Source: Octopus sinensis (lineage: Eukaryota). From it: a DNA stretch of 64,000 bases. Positions 14,081 through 26,120 of this stretch are shown here, one piece after another; the first letter of the stretch is position 1, and each line of letters opens with the position of its first letter. Below the pieces are notes generated by a model. The model did no database searches, had not been told where the DNA came from, and saw only the letters and a program-made list of their open reading frames with translations. Made by a program: the position numbers and the translations under genes. The stretch covers positions 54,622,001-54,686,000 of the forward strand of contig NC_042999.1 in assembly GCF_006345805.1 (NCBI RefSeq), given 5' to 3'.

Positions 14081-14577
14081 ATATATATATGTACATAAAT
14101 TCATTTAGCCATTTATATTTATATATACTATATATATATATATATATACATATATGTATATATAAATATATATCTATGTGTATATGTATGTATGTACGTA
14201 CGTATGTATGTACGTATGTACACTATCGTTTTCTCATTAAGTTTTGAATTATGCTGTGTAATGAAGTAGCATAGTATTTTGCAGCTGATCCACGTTGTAA
14301 ATGCATGGCAAATCGGCGAACGAATGTCGTATCTGTATGGCCAGTGTTAGAGTTAGAGTCGTGGATGCTATACATTGTCATATTTCCATTGAAATCTTTC
14401 AATCATATTGACCATTTGTAACATATCCAGAGATCATAGCTCGCGGTTATAATATTAGTCTATCCATAATGTTTATATTTAACCATTATTGATGAATAGA
14501 TTCCATATATTTTGTGTTCCATTTTAATTATAACAAAAGATAATAATATAAAAGATCTCTTCTGCCGCCAGTATATA

Positions 14578-15428
14578 GGAGGTCCAGACAATAAGTATCC
14601 GGACTGTTGTTCGAGAAAGTTGAGCTAAAGCATCCAGTGTAAAACCTCTAGAGACAGAATGACTCTGCTGTGCATATTGTTTATAAGTTTTAACGTTCTA
14701 GCTCACTTCCACTATTTATAGCAGTGCTTGAAGAGAAGGTGCGTGGCGTGTGATCGTCGCATTGACCATGACAGAGAAAGTTGTCGTGGCGATACTTGCT
14801 CTGAGGCCTACGCAAAGTTGCAGAAAGTATATGGAGAAGAGTGTATGTGGCGCACACAAGTGAACGAGTGGTTCAGACGGTTCCAAGGTGGCCGAGAAAA
14901 TGTCGATAGTGACGAACGTTCTGGAGACCCGCAACCTGCAGAACTGAGAAAAACATCTTAGATGTGCGTGCAGCTGTGGGGGGAAGTCGTCAAATCACCA
15001 TCCGTGAGTTATCAGAAGATGGACAGGTTAGTTACGGTTCAGTTCAGTCCATTATCACTGAAGATTTGGGTATGTGACGCGTGTCTGCCAAGTTTGTGCT
15101 AAAACTGCTTTCAGATGACCCAAAAAACAGTCGGGTTTCAGTTGCACAAGATCTTCTTGATTGTGTCGAGAACGATGAAAACTTTTGAAAACTTTGCGTA
15201 GGCCTCTGAGCAGGGCTCGCCAAGTTTTTGGTAAACTTTGAAGCAGATTCTCTGCTCAACTTACTCTGTCATGATCAAGGCGACAATCACACGCTACACA
15301 CCTTCCTTCCTTCTAAGCACTGCTGTAAACAGCAGAAGTAAGCTAGAGCGTTAAAACAGCAGAGTTCAAAGCCAATCTGTGCTAGGCGGCTTTACTCTAC
15401 ATGCTTTAGCTTCGTTACTATGACAACA
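14578..15428 (+). mobile_element. Mariner-derived element: transposase N-terminus followed by an inverted copy of its own 5' end
   Basis: TA-ggaggtccagacaataagtatccggactg left end. HTH-type peptide GDTCSEAYAKLQKVYGEECMWRTQVNEWFRRFQGGRENVDSDERSG, continuing with frameshifts to about 15185. 15186-15428 is an inverted homolog of ~14620-14828. Confidence 0.85.
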
Positions 15429-15826
15429 TATTCATTTACCAAATACATTTTATTGGAGGTTTGCTGATTTTCAATCAGTTAATGTCTGGTGTATTTAGTT
15501 CATGGAGCTACTTTTATTATCCTTATTGTTCATTTTAATATTATTATTGCCGTCGTTGTTGTTGTTGTTTTAACCTGGGTTTTGTTCGAACTCCTGGAGT
15601 CTCTTGCCTGGGTAATTGGCTTGCTACATTCAGTCTACGGTACATTGCTATTTGTCGACTTTGTCTTTTCATCATTTCGGAGTCGATAAAGTAAGTAACA
15701 TGAGAGCTGGAGCCAAAATCATAATGAATCATTATTTATTATTATTCAGTTCTATACTTAAGAGATGAGGAATTATGTACATTATTTACATTTGACGGAT
15801 ATTTGACCTCATCTTGTTTGTTGTTA

Positions 15827-15867
15827 ACACATTTCGGCTGATATACCCTCCAGCCTTCATCGGGTGT
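15827..15867 (-). ncRNA. Decayed minimal hammerhead-like motif
   Basis: Minus strand: acac CCGATGAA ggctg gagggtatat cagcc GAA at gtgt. Stems I and II intact, U4 changed to C, stem III shortened. Confidence 0.5.
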
Positions 15868-15922
15868 CTTGGGGGAAAATTTCAAACCTGGGTTCTCATT
15901 CCTAAGGTATTTTTCGATGTTG

Positions 15923-15985
<63 letters not shown>

Positions 15986-16063
15986 TCACTGCTTGGAATC
16001 GAACTCGGAATATTGGGGTTAGTAGCCCGCGCTCCTAACGACTACGCCATATTCCCGTGGGCA

Positions 16064-16135
<72 letters not shown>

Positions 16136-16459
16136 CATCACTGAGTTTCATCAACTAACTTATTCCTAAACCATTTGTTGATTGGTGTTTCTTGTGTGGC
16201 TATATTTGATGGAGTGTGTCATTGTGTGGCTTTTGGAAGAGGCTAGGATACTGTTATAGAGAGGATATCACGGCTGACATCTTATATCTGTGTGAATGTT
16301 CACTCTTTCAGTCGGAGTACAGACGTTTATTTGTGCCCGTAGAGCAAACGGACGTGATACATTACACCATCGATACACACACATTCACACGCATGTTTGT
16401 ATGCATGTATGTAGACACCACACTGACACACACACACACACACAAATTTATACAAACGC

Positions 16460-16895
16460 ACACTCACAGACATATATATACAAACACACGCTCACAAACA
16501 CACACGCACACACATATATACACACACACATAAATAAAATATATGTGCATATGTAGACATATATATATATATATAAAGTATATATATATATATATATATA
16601 CATACAAATACACACTCACTAACACATACACACATATATATACAAACGCAGATAAATAAAATATATATGCATATGTATGCACACACATACATGTACAAAC
16701 ACCTCTGCACACATATACCCATGCACTCACACACACACATATATACACATAGCATAGACATATATATATATATACAAATACACACTCACAAACACACACA
16801 CACATATATATACACAGGCAGATAAATAAAATATATATGCATATGTATGCACACACATACATGTACAAACACCTCTGCACACATATACCCATACA

Positions 16896-16934
<39 letters not shown>

Positions 16935-16940
16935 ATAGCA
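16460..16940. repeat. Tandem ~175-bp minisatellite units built on CA/TA repeats
   Basis: gcagataaataaaatatatatgcatatgtatgcacacacatacatgtacaaacacctctgcac occurs twice (~16650, ~16820), with a partial third unit upstream. Confidence 0.75.
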
Positions 16941-17007
16941 TAGACCAGCCTCAAGGCAATAGACTCCCTACGTCGGAATATTATGTTAGAGAGACAGACA
17001 GATAAAA

Positions 17008-17120
17008 TAAACCCTTTGAATCCTGACCTTCTGAACTTTATTTTACCATATACCTGGCGCTCCACCGGTTCTACGGGAGCCATCCACCGGTAAACCGGTG
17101 TTACGGACTCAAAGCGTTAA
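17008..17120. mobile_element. Possible piggyBac-like MITE
   Basis: Ends taaaccctttgaatcc / ggactcaaagcgttaa form a 13/16 inverted match with a TTAA-like boundary. Confidence 0.35.
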
Positions 17121-17484
17121 AAAGACAAAGACTTCAAAAGTCTCCCAGTAGAATAATTGTTCCAAAGAAGTAATTCTTACTGTGCCAGAGCTTTGGCTTG
17201 CCTCCAATTGACTGATAAAATTAAAGGGAGCTGAACAACAGACACACTTGGGAGCATTAATCCAGGGGTTTAAACGGTATAAACTTTATATCAACGTTGT
17301 TCAGATTATGCGCAATAATCCGTTCAAGGGGCAATTAGAGACTATCGCCATCTTAGCAGTGTCTGTCGGAGGATATCACGGCTGACATCTTATATCGCAG
17401 TCCTCATTCCAAGGGCTTGCAGTGTGTGTGTGTACGTGTACGTGTGTGTATGTGTGTGTGTGTGTGTGTGGTGTGTGTGTGTGA

Positions 17485-17692
17485 TTGTCCCTTATGGTTT
17501 GACAACAGGTGTTGGTTTGTTTACATCCCCATAACTTAGTGATTTGGCGAAAGAGACCGATAGAATAAGTACGAAACCTCAAAAATAATTTTTAAAAAAA
17601 ACAGTACTTGGGTCAATGTGTTCGAGCAAAAATTCTTCAAGGCGGTGCCCCAGTATGACCGCAGTCCAATAATGAAACAAGTAAAAAGATGA
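17485..17692 (+). mobile_element. SINE family A, 3' module only
   Basis: gagaccgatagaataagtac...aaggcggtgccccagtatgaccgcagtc...gaaacaagtaaaa. Confidence 0.8.
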
Positions 17693-17761
17693 TCGGAAAT
17701 ATAAACGTGCAAGGCGCATCACAATAGCAAAAAATTAGAAAATAGAAGTCCATGCGAAATA

Positions 17762-18316
17762 TTTACTCTTTTACTTGTTTCAGACATTTGACTGCGGCCA
17801 TGCTGGAGCACCGCCTTTAGTCGAACACTTCAACCCCACAGCTTATTCTTTGTAAACCTATTACTTATTCTACCGGTCACTTTTGCCGAACCGCTAAGTT
17901 TCGGGGACGTAAACACACCAGCATCGGTTATCTGCGTGTATATATATATGTGTGTGTGTGTTTGTGAGTCTGTATTTGTTATTTGTATATATATATATAT
18001 ATGTCTATGCTATGTGTATATGTGTGTGTGTGTGAGAGTGTATGGGTATATGTGTGAATAGGTGTTTGTATATGTATGTGTGTGCATACATATGCACATA
18101 TGGTAAGGGACAAACACAGACACACAAACATATACAAACACATACATATGTATATATACATATATACGACAGACCTCTTCCAGTTTCCGTCTACCAAATC
18201 CACTCACAAGGTTTTGGTCGGTCCGAGGCTATAGTAGAAGACACGCAGTGGGTGTCTGAACCCGGGGCCATGTGATTGGTAAGCAAGCTACTTACCACAC
18301 AGCCATTCCCGCGCCT
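17762..18316 (-). mobile_element. tRNA-headed SINE family A (CORE-like) with internal microsatellite
   Basis: Minus strand: ggcgcgggaatggctgtgtggtaagtagc head, gtggatttggtagacggaaactg, microsatellite, then 3' module. Confidence 0.9.
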
Positions 18317-18515
18317 AAATATTAAAATTAAAGAAAGGAAAATAAATGGGAAACTTTAAAAAAATGCGAAGGAAAAGAAAAGAAAAGATTTCTATATTTC
18401 GACGAAATGAAACATTGACAAGAAAGAAGAAGGATGTTAAGGCGGATGTGTCTATATGTCCTCGCGCGGACATATAGACACACGATTTAGGAGGATAGAT
18501 ATTGTGTGGGTGTAA

Positions 18516-18751
18516 GGCGGCGAGCTGGCAGAAACGTTAGCACCGCGGGCGAAATGCTTTGCGGTAATTCGTCTGCCGCTGCTACGTTCTGAGTTCAAAT
18601 TCCGCCGAGGTCGACTTTGCTTTTCATCCTTTCGGGGTCGATTAAATAAGTACCAGTTACGCACTGAGGTCGATATAATCGACTTAATCCGTTTGTCTGT
18701 CCTTGTTTGTCCCTTCTCTGTTTAGCCCCTTCTGGGTAGTAAAGAAATAGA
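18516..18751 (+). mobile_element. SINE family B
   Basis: Full-length match to the other B copies. Confidence 0.9.
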
Positions 18752-18754
18752 TAT

Positions 18755-19174
18755 TGTGTTTGTGTGTGAGTGTGTTTGTGTGTATGTATGGGAATGACAG
18801 CGTGTGTGTGTGTTTATGTGAGTGTGTTTGTGCGTGTGTGAGAGAGCGAGAGAGCTTGTGTGTGTGGGGGTGTTTGTAAGAGAGAGAGAGAGCTTGTGTG
18901 TGTGTTTATGTGTGTGTATGGGAATGACAGCGTTTGTGTGTGTGTGTGTGTGTGTGTTTGTGTGGGTGTGTTTGCGTGAGAGAGAGAGAGAGAGAGCTTG
19001 TGTGTGTGTGTGTCTGTATGTGTTTGTGTGTGCGTGTGTGTGAGAGAGATAGAGCTTGTTTGTGTGTGTATGCGTGTGTATGAGAAAGTTTTATGTGTGT
19101 GTGTGAGTATGTGTATGCGTGTGTGTGTTTGTACGTGTATGAGAGAGATAGAGCTTGTGTGTGTGTGTGTGTGT

Positions 19175-19207
<33 letters not shown>

Positions 19208-19450
19208 GTGTATGTGTGTATGCGTGTGTGTGAGAGAGATAGAGCTTGTTTGCGTGTGCTTGTGCATGTGTGTGTGCGTGTGTGTGAGATAGAGAGAGAG
19301 CTTGTGTGTGTGTGTCTGTGTGTCTGTGTTTGTGTGTATGTGCGCGCGCGTTTGTACGTGTGTGTGAGAGAGAGATGGACCTTGCTTGTGTGTGTTTGTG
19401 TGTGCGTCTGTGTGACAGAGAGCTTGTGTGTGTGAGTGTGTCTGTATGTG
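18755..19450. repeat. (GT)n-based minisatellite with recurring gagagatagagctt motif
   Basis: Motif recurs several times between GT tracts. Confidence 0.75.
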
Positions 19451-19451
19451 T

Positions 19452-19640
19452 TTATCCCCACAACCACTTCGCAACTGGTGTTGGTGTGTCTATGTCCCTG
19501 TAACTTAGCGGTTCGGCCTAAAAGAACCGACGGATTAAGTACTAAGCTTTAAAAAATCATGTTCTGGGTTCGATTTGTTCAACTAAACTCTCGAATGTGG
19601 TGCCTCAGCATGGACGCAATCTAATGACTGGAACAAAGGA
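19452..19640 (+). mobile_element. SINE family A 3' module, diverged
   Basis: aactggtgttggtgtgtctatgtccctgtaacttagcggttcggc... Confidence 0.7.
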
Positions 19641-19659
19641 AAGACAAAATATAAAAGAT

Positions 19660-19760
19660 GCATGCATGTAGGTACGTATGTATGTATGTATGTATGTTGT
19701 ATGTTGATGTATGTATGTATGTAGTATGTATGTTGTAATATGTGGATGTCATGTATGTAT

Positions 19761-19791
<31 letters not shown>

Positions 19792-20290
19792 TGTATGTAT
19801 GTGTATGTATGTATGTATGTATGTATGCATGTATGTATGTATGGTATGTATGTATGTATGCATGTATGTATGTAGTTATGGATGTATGTATGTTCTGTTG
19901 TCATGTATGTATGTATGTATGTATGTATGTATGTATGTATGTATGTATGTATGTGGGTATTTATGTATGTATGTATGTATTATGTATGTATGCTTATGTA
20001 TGTAGTATGTAGGTATGTATGTATGTATGTATGTGTGTATGTTGTATGTTATGTATGTACATGTATGTAAGTATGTATGTTGTATGTATGTATGTATGTA
20101 TGCAAGTATGTAAGTATGTATGGTACGTATGTAATGTATGTTATTTAATGTATGTATGTATGTTATGTATGTATTATGTATGTATGTAATGCATGTATGT
20201 ATGTATTATGTATGTATGTAATGTATTTTTGTATGTATGTATGTATGTATATATGTATGTCTGTTAGTATCATGTATGTATGCATGTATG

Positions 20291-20321
<31 letters not shown>

Positions 20322-20450
20322 TGTATGGTATGTATCTGTTATGTATGTATGTATTATTATGTATTCTGTATGTATGTATTATGTATGTATGTCTGTATGT
20401 ATGTATGCATGTATGTATGTATGTATGAATGTATGTATGTATTATGTATG

Positions 20451-20481
<31 letters not shown>

Positions 20482-20926
20482 TGTATTATGCTATGTATGT
20501 ATGTTGTATGTATGTAATGTATGTATGTATGTATGTATGTAGTATTATGTATGTATGTAATGTATGTATGTATGTATGGTATTATGTATGCAAGTATGTA
20601 AGTATGTATGTATGTATGTATGTATATGTATGTATGATATGTATGTATGTTATGTATTGTATGTATGTATACATGTATCATGTATGTATGTAAATATGTA
20701 TGTATGGTATGTATGTATGTTGTATGTATGGCATGTATGTATGCATGTATGTCATGTATGTAGGTATGTATGTTAATGTCTGTATGTATGCAGTATGTAG
20801 TATGTATGTATGTATGTTGTATGTATGGGTGTTTGTATTTTTTTTTTTTTTTTTTTTTTTTGTTATGTATGTATGTTGTATGTATGGTATGTATGTATGT
20901 ATACATGCATGCATGTATGTATGTAA

Positions 20927-20962
<36 letters not shown>

Positions 20963-21510
20963 TGTATGTATGCTGCATGTACTGTAATATGTATGTATGT
21001 ATGTATGTATGTAATGTATTGTATGTATGCCATGTATGTATGCATGTATTAATGTATGTATGTATGTATGTATGTATGTATGTATGTATGTAGGCATGTA
21101 TGTATGTATGTATGTATGTATGTATGTATGTATGTATGTATGTATGTATGTATGTCAGTATGCATGCAATGTATGTATGGTACATTATGTATGTATGTAT
21201 GTATGTATGTATGTATGTATGCATGTATGTATGCATGTATGTATGTATGTATGTATGTATGTATGTATGTATACATGCAATGCTGTTATGTAAATATGTA
21301 TGTATGTATGTATGTCTGTATGTATGTATTATGCATGCATGTATGTATGTAGGTATGTATGTATGCATGTATGTATGTATGTATGTATGTATGTATGGTA
21401 TGTATGTATGTATGTATGTATACATGCATGCATGTATGTATGTAAATATGTGTATGTATGTATGTATGTATGTATGTATGCATGTATGTATGCATGTATG
21501 TATGTATGTG
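19660..21510. repeat. ~1.85 kb degenerate (TATG)n tetranucleotide array
   Basis: Directly visible; it generates the MYVC/HTYI ORFs. Confidence 0.95.
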
Positions 21511-21824
21511 TCTATACGCAATCACACCGACAATGTATGAACCAACGTGCGCACATGCGTTTCCATATGTCCGAAATAATGAAGCTGATTACAATGCCGT
21601 ACATATGTTCTGGTGTGTATAAAGTATACACTGCTGAAATATATATGATAAAATGAGATGAACCGAGATGGATTTCACATATAAAATATATATATATATA
21701 TATATACCACACATATAATATTTAAACTTTATATACATCTGTTTAAAGGTATGGATTACATACAGATATCATAGATTGTGCAACACAGACTCATACATGT
21801 ACAGACATTCACTTCCATATATAT

Positions 21825-21876
<52 letters not shown>

Positions 21877-22158
21877 AAGTTATATATATATAATCCATAT
21901 TTTTACTGCTTTTTCTTGTCTCTTGCTCGATTACGTTTTGGTTGCTTTGCTAAATTTTTCTTGAGAACATTTGTTAGTGGTAAGACCATAGCGGATCTAT
22001 TTCTAGCATAAGAGTGTCCACATAGTGGTTACCCTCTATATGTATTTAATGCAATTTTACGGAACCTTCAGTTATTTTTATATGCTAGACCACTGGTGTG
22101 AAATCGATGTTAATTACATTTCTGTCTAATATCTCACACTCATTTTAAATTTATATAT

Positions 22159-22195
<37 letters not shown>

Positions 22196-22223
22196 TATAT
22201 AGATATATATATATATATATATA

Positions 22224-22269
<46 letters not shown>

Positions 22270-22322
22270 ATATATATATATATTATAATGGATTAATTAC
22301 TGTGAGCATTGTGTAGAATACA

Positions 22323-22602
22323 TTGTATAAAAGATCGTGGGTAAGGCCGAAACAATGCGAAGTAAAGGCAAGGTAAATCACAAGAAGACAAATATGTGAA
22401 TTAATGTAGACTTACTTTGTATTCAATATTTCGGGGTTAAGACCCCATTTTCAAGAAATTGACGAATGTTATCGGCAACATTCGTCAAATCTTGAAAACA
22501 ACCCTGAAATATTAAATACATTAATTCACATATTTGTTTTCCTGTTATTTACCTTGCATTTACTTCACTTTGTTTTGGCCTTACACACGATCCTTTATAC
22601 AA
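22323..22602. mobile_element. 280-bp foldback element between (TA)n tracts
   Basis: ttgtataaaagatcg...ttgacgaatgtt [atcggc] aacattcgtcaa...cgatcctttatacaa; arms pair along their whole length apart from two bulges. Confidence 0.85.
22422..22457 (-). ncRNA. Minimal hammerhead-like motif with U3-A8 core variant
   Basis: Minus strand: ttc TTGAAAA t gggg tcttaa cccc GAA ATAT T gaa; stem I only 3 bp. Confidence 0.4.
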
Positions 22603-22629
22603 GATATATATATATATATATATATATAG

Positions 22630-22663
<34 letters not shown>

Positions 22664-22860
22664 AAAAAGGAAATGAAGAAAATGCTGACAAATAATTGAA
22701 GTAATTTAAGTAATTTAATTAGGTGAAAGTTCTTTTTACCGGTTGCGCATTTGTTATGCTTATCAAAATAAAAGAGAGATTAGAGTTCCTTTTATAGAAT
22801 TTTTCCTCTTATCTGATAAGATATATCACCACTCGTGTTCGACATCTCCTTTTTTTAAAT

Positions 22861-22918
<58 letters not shown>

Positions 22919-23191
22919 CATATATTTATATATACATAAATATATATACAGGTTTGGCCAAATAGTCAGCTGACAGTAAATCAAAGCGATTTAACTCCAA
23001 GCTCTATTTATGTTTAAAAACTGAATGAATTTAATAAAAACATCGAAATATGAAATATGAAAATTGTTCAAAGTGAAGTCCTTCTTGAGCGATACATTTT
23101 TTTCATTCGAGTCAATACAGAATTACAGATATTATTTATGGAACTTTGATTTACTGCCGGGTGTGTATGTGTGTGTGGTGTGTGTGTGTGT

Positions 23192-23222
<31 letters not shown>

Positions 23223-23575
23223 ATTAAAATACAAATGGAGAATTATTCATCTGCACAGTTCTTCTTTTTTTTTTTTTACTATTGCAGTTTTGTATTCATT
23301 CCTTTGTTCTCTTTAAACTTCCGTTCGAGTTATCTTGTTACATGGTATCCATTCGCATCCTGTTGGTTTGGCTTCATCCAGATTTCATCCTGATTAAAAA
23401 CACAGCGATGCAGCGTTATTAAACATGTTGCCACTAGAAGAGTTCGAGGCGAACTTTTCAGAGAACGCAGCCGAACCAACAGGATGTAAATGGACACCAC
23501 GTAACAAGATACTTTTGCAGCAGAAACATATGTTGGACAGAGGATTAGAGAAAAAATATTGCATAAAAGACTGTC

Positions 23576-23646
<71 letters not shown>

Positions 23647-23647
<1 letters not shown>

Positions 23648-24198
23648 CCCTGATGCAATACCAGGCAGTGACTCTCATGGCTTCAGATCTTAACTGATTG
23701 GAAGTGTTATCATGTACGTTGTTTTGTCTTGGCATAAAGGATGGGCTACAGCAAATATTCTGCCCAATACCACAGATTTGCTTGTCAGTTGTTTGACCGT
23801 AACCAGTTGGGCATGTCCCTTGGTGGCTGACGATATGTGCATCTCTGATCACGAGTAGAAGTAGTTGGGGAGCATCATAGTCATGCGTTGAGGGGGTTTT
23901 GGGGGTTTGGATAATTCACCTCTGGAAACATGAGTATTTCGTTCAACATCCTTAAACAACCCTTATTCAGGGATCTTTTGAGCAGGATGCGTTACTCGAC
24001 CAGAAGAAAATTCTAACTGGGCCCCACCTGCAAGGTCATGTGCTGTGTATCTTGATATGAAATCACCATGTCGTGCAGACATGGTTGTGATGCATGTGCC
24101 TGGTGCACCCTTATCAGACGGGTAGTCATGATGGGTATACTGGGCTTCGTATATTTTACCCCAGTATCACTTTGATGGTATGCACTGCTCCCTCACTC
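23647..24198 (+). mobile_element. ~550-bp non-coding interspersed element embedded in (AAT)n
   Basis: Homologous end to end, inverted, to 31904-32430; flanked on both sides by AAT repeats. Confidence 0.85.
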
Positions 24199-24919
24199 AA
24201 TAATGATAATAATAATAATAATAATATAACAACAACAACAGCTGTGTAGATGTATAATGCTCCTCTTGTATTTTGATGTCTTGAATATACACTCTGTCAA
24301 TTGTTTAAAATCCATTGAAGCGACCTCAGGATTCAGCCATGGGGGGAAATTCTGTATGATTATTTACCGTAAATAATCCCCATCTTATTCCATATCATTC
24401 GATGTGGTTAGCCAGAATTTGGATTATTTGGATTGTGCAAGAGTGCTTGAACGGTAGCTGTCTGGATCTATTACTCCTATCCATTGTGGTTTCGTATTTC
24501 TTTGTCTTTGGGGTTATCCTTCCAAAGGATTTCATTATAGAGTGTTCTAGCTACATGCAATATTTACGTATGAACGATAAACACAAAATGCTGTTTATAC
24601 CATTTGATTCCTATGCACGTTTCGCCTTTGTGACTATTTACATCTTATGCTGCGGGTGTTCTTAGCACACTTGAATGACGATCCATAACGGTTCTACGGG
24701 TGAAAGGAAGTGAAAATAAATGTATGTACACCGTTGAAAGGCAGTCACTGCAGCAAAGGTGTTCGCCTCGCTCCGATAGATATTGTGTTTCTAATACATG
24801 TCTATGAAGAGATTTTGTCTCAGGCAAAAGCTACAGTATCATACATATATACATATATATGTGTGTGTGTGTGTGTGCGTACACACAAGCATTCAGGCGC
24901 TTAACTCGTCTGTAAATGG

Positions 24920-25205
24920 AAGTGGCTCTGATGGCACCGATTTTTATGCTGGCATATAATGAAGACGCAGGACTCACAATCATGAGGTATTGAGTTCGAT
25001 TACCAGAACCAGCTGTGTGTTGTGCTCTTGATTAAGACACTTTATTTCACGTTGCTCAGCTGTAGAAATGAGTTGCGACGTCACTGGTGCCAAGCTGTAT
25101 CGGTCCCTTTGCCTTTCCCTTGGATAACATCAGTGACACGGACAGGGGAGGCTGGTATGCATGAGCGGCTGCTGGTCTTCCATAAAACAACCTTACCCGG
25201 ACTTT
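24920..25205 (+). mobile_element. tRNA-headed SINE, family C
   Basis: B-box-like gagttcgattacc, CORE-like gtgttgtgctcttgattaagacac, body cccttggataacatc...ccataaaacaacc. Confidence 0.6.
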
Positions 25206-25479
25206 TTTGTTTTTGTTTTGTTTTTTTCACTTAATAGTCGACTAAAATCCTAGTAGACAGCGCTCCAGCTTGGCCGAGTGCGTTGGTTGAGCCCAGTAAA
25301 CGCAGAGTAAATGCAAAAGATACTCAATAAATCGCCTTTAAAAATGCTTCGCGCGTTTCTCAGATGCAGAAGACATTCTTATTACAAATCTTTGAACAAC
25401 ACATTAAATAGCCTCATTGTTGCTGTTGTTATTGTCGTTTTCGCTATTTAGCCATCGTCCGTTCTGCTTCAGTGACCTG

Positions 25480-25715
25480 TGAAACAGATCACCTGAACGA
25501 AGAAGCCTTTATAGTCATTGTTACCTTATCTTTAAGGTTCCTGTCTTTGAAAGGGTCAGCCATGTCACACTCTGCGTCACGCTGAATCTCTTAATGAACT
25601 GCGTTTAGGGTACACGTGTCTGTGGAGTACTCAGCCAGCTGCATGTTCATTTCACGAGCAGGCTGTTCCGTTGATTGGATCAACTGATACATTCACCGTA
25701 GTAACCGACGGAGAG
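25480..25715 (-). mobile_element. SINE-like repeat, family D
   Basis: Minus strand ggctctccgtcggttactacgg...aacggaacagcctgctcgtgaaat...attcagcgtgacgcagagtgtgac; recalled as a common cephalopod SINE body, single copy here. Confidence 0.5.
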
Positions 25716-25869
25716 CCTAGTGTTTTGGTTCTTTCTTATTGCTTTTTTTCATCCAACCGTAATTGTGAAACAGTCCACGAGTTAAACCGGGCATTAAATC
25801 TTTTAAATAAAACAGTTCTTTCAGTTCTTCAAAGTGTAATGGTTATATGGCAGTTTACCATTTCTTTGC

Positions 25870-26120
25870 ACAGTTCTTTGCATTTTTATAGAACTCTGCC
25901 AGGTTTTTTGAGCTGCTGAGGTTGGGTAGTGGAGGGCAGGCAAAGCAGTGATCCATAATACGGTCTGCTTCTTCACAGTCACGGGTGGTTGGGTTAGTCT
26001 TGTAGCCCCATCCGACCAAACCAACTTTTGATCGTCTTTTACTCGTTCTTTCACTGAATCCATGACGTTTCTGAATCCAAAAAAGAAGTCTTCAGCCCGG
26101 AGCAATGAGGTCCCATATCA
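25870..26120 (-). pseudogene. Possible LINE ORF2 C-terminal zinc-knuckle remnant
   Basis: Minus-strand frame GWGYKTNPTTRDCEEADRIMDHCFACP resembles the WG..P.CDCG..QTMDH..CP tails of LINE RTs. Confidence 0.4.

Noticed and set aside
23425-23697. 90-aa ORF with poly-Asn
   Set aside because: Poly-N is the (AAT)n tract and the end runs into a non-coding repeat
23647-23720. HDV-like ribozyme at either end of the 550-bp element
   Set aside because: Could not build P1-P4 with the required nested pseudoknot by eye
24610-24670. GAAACGT hammerhead half on minus; also at 32842-32880
   Set aside because: No intact CUGANGA at the right position
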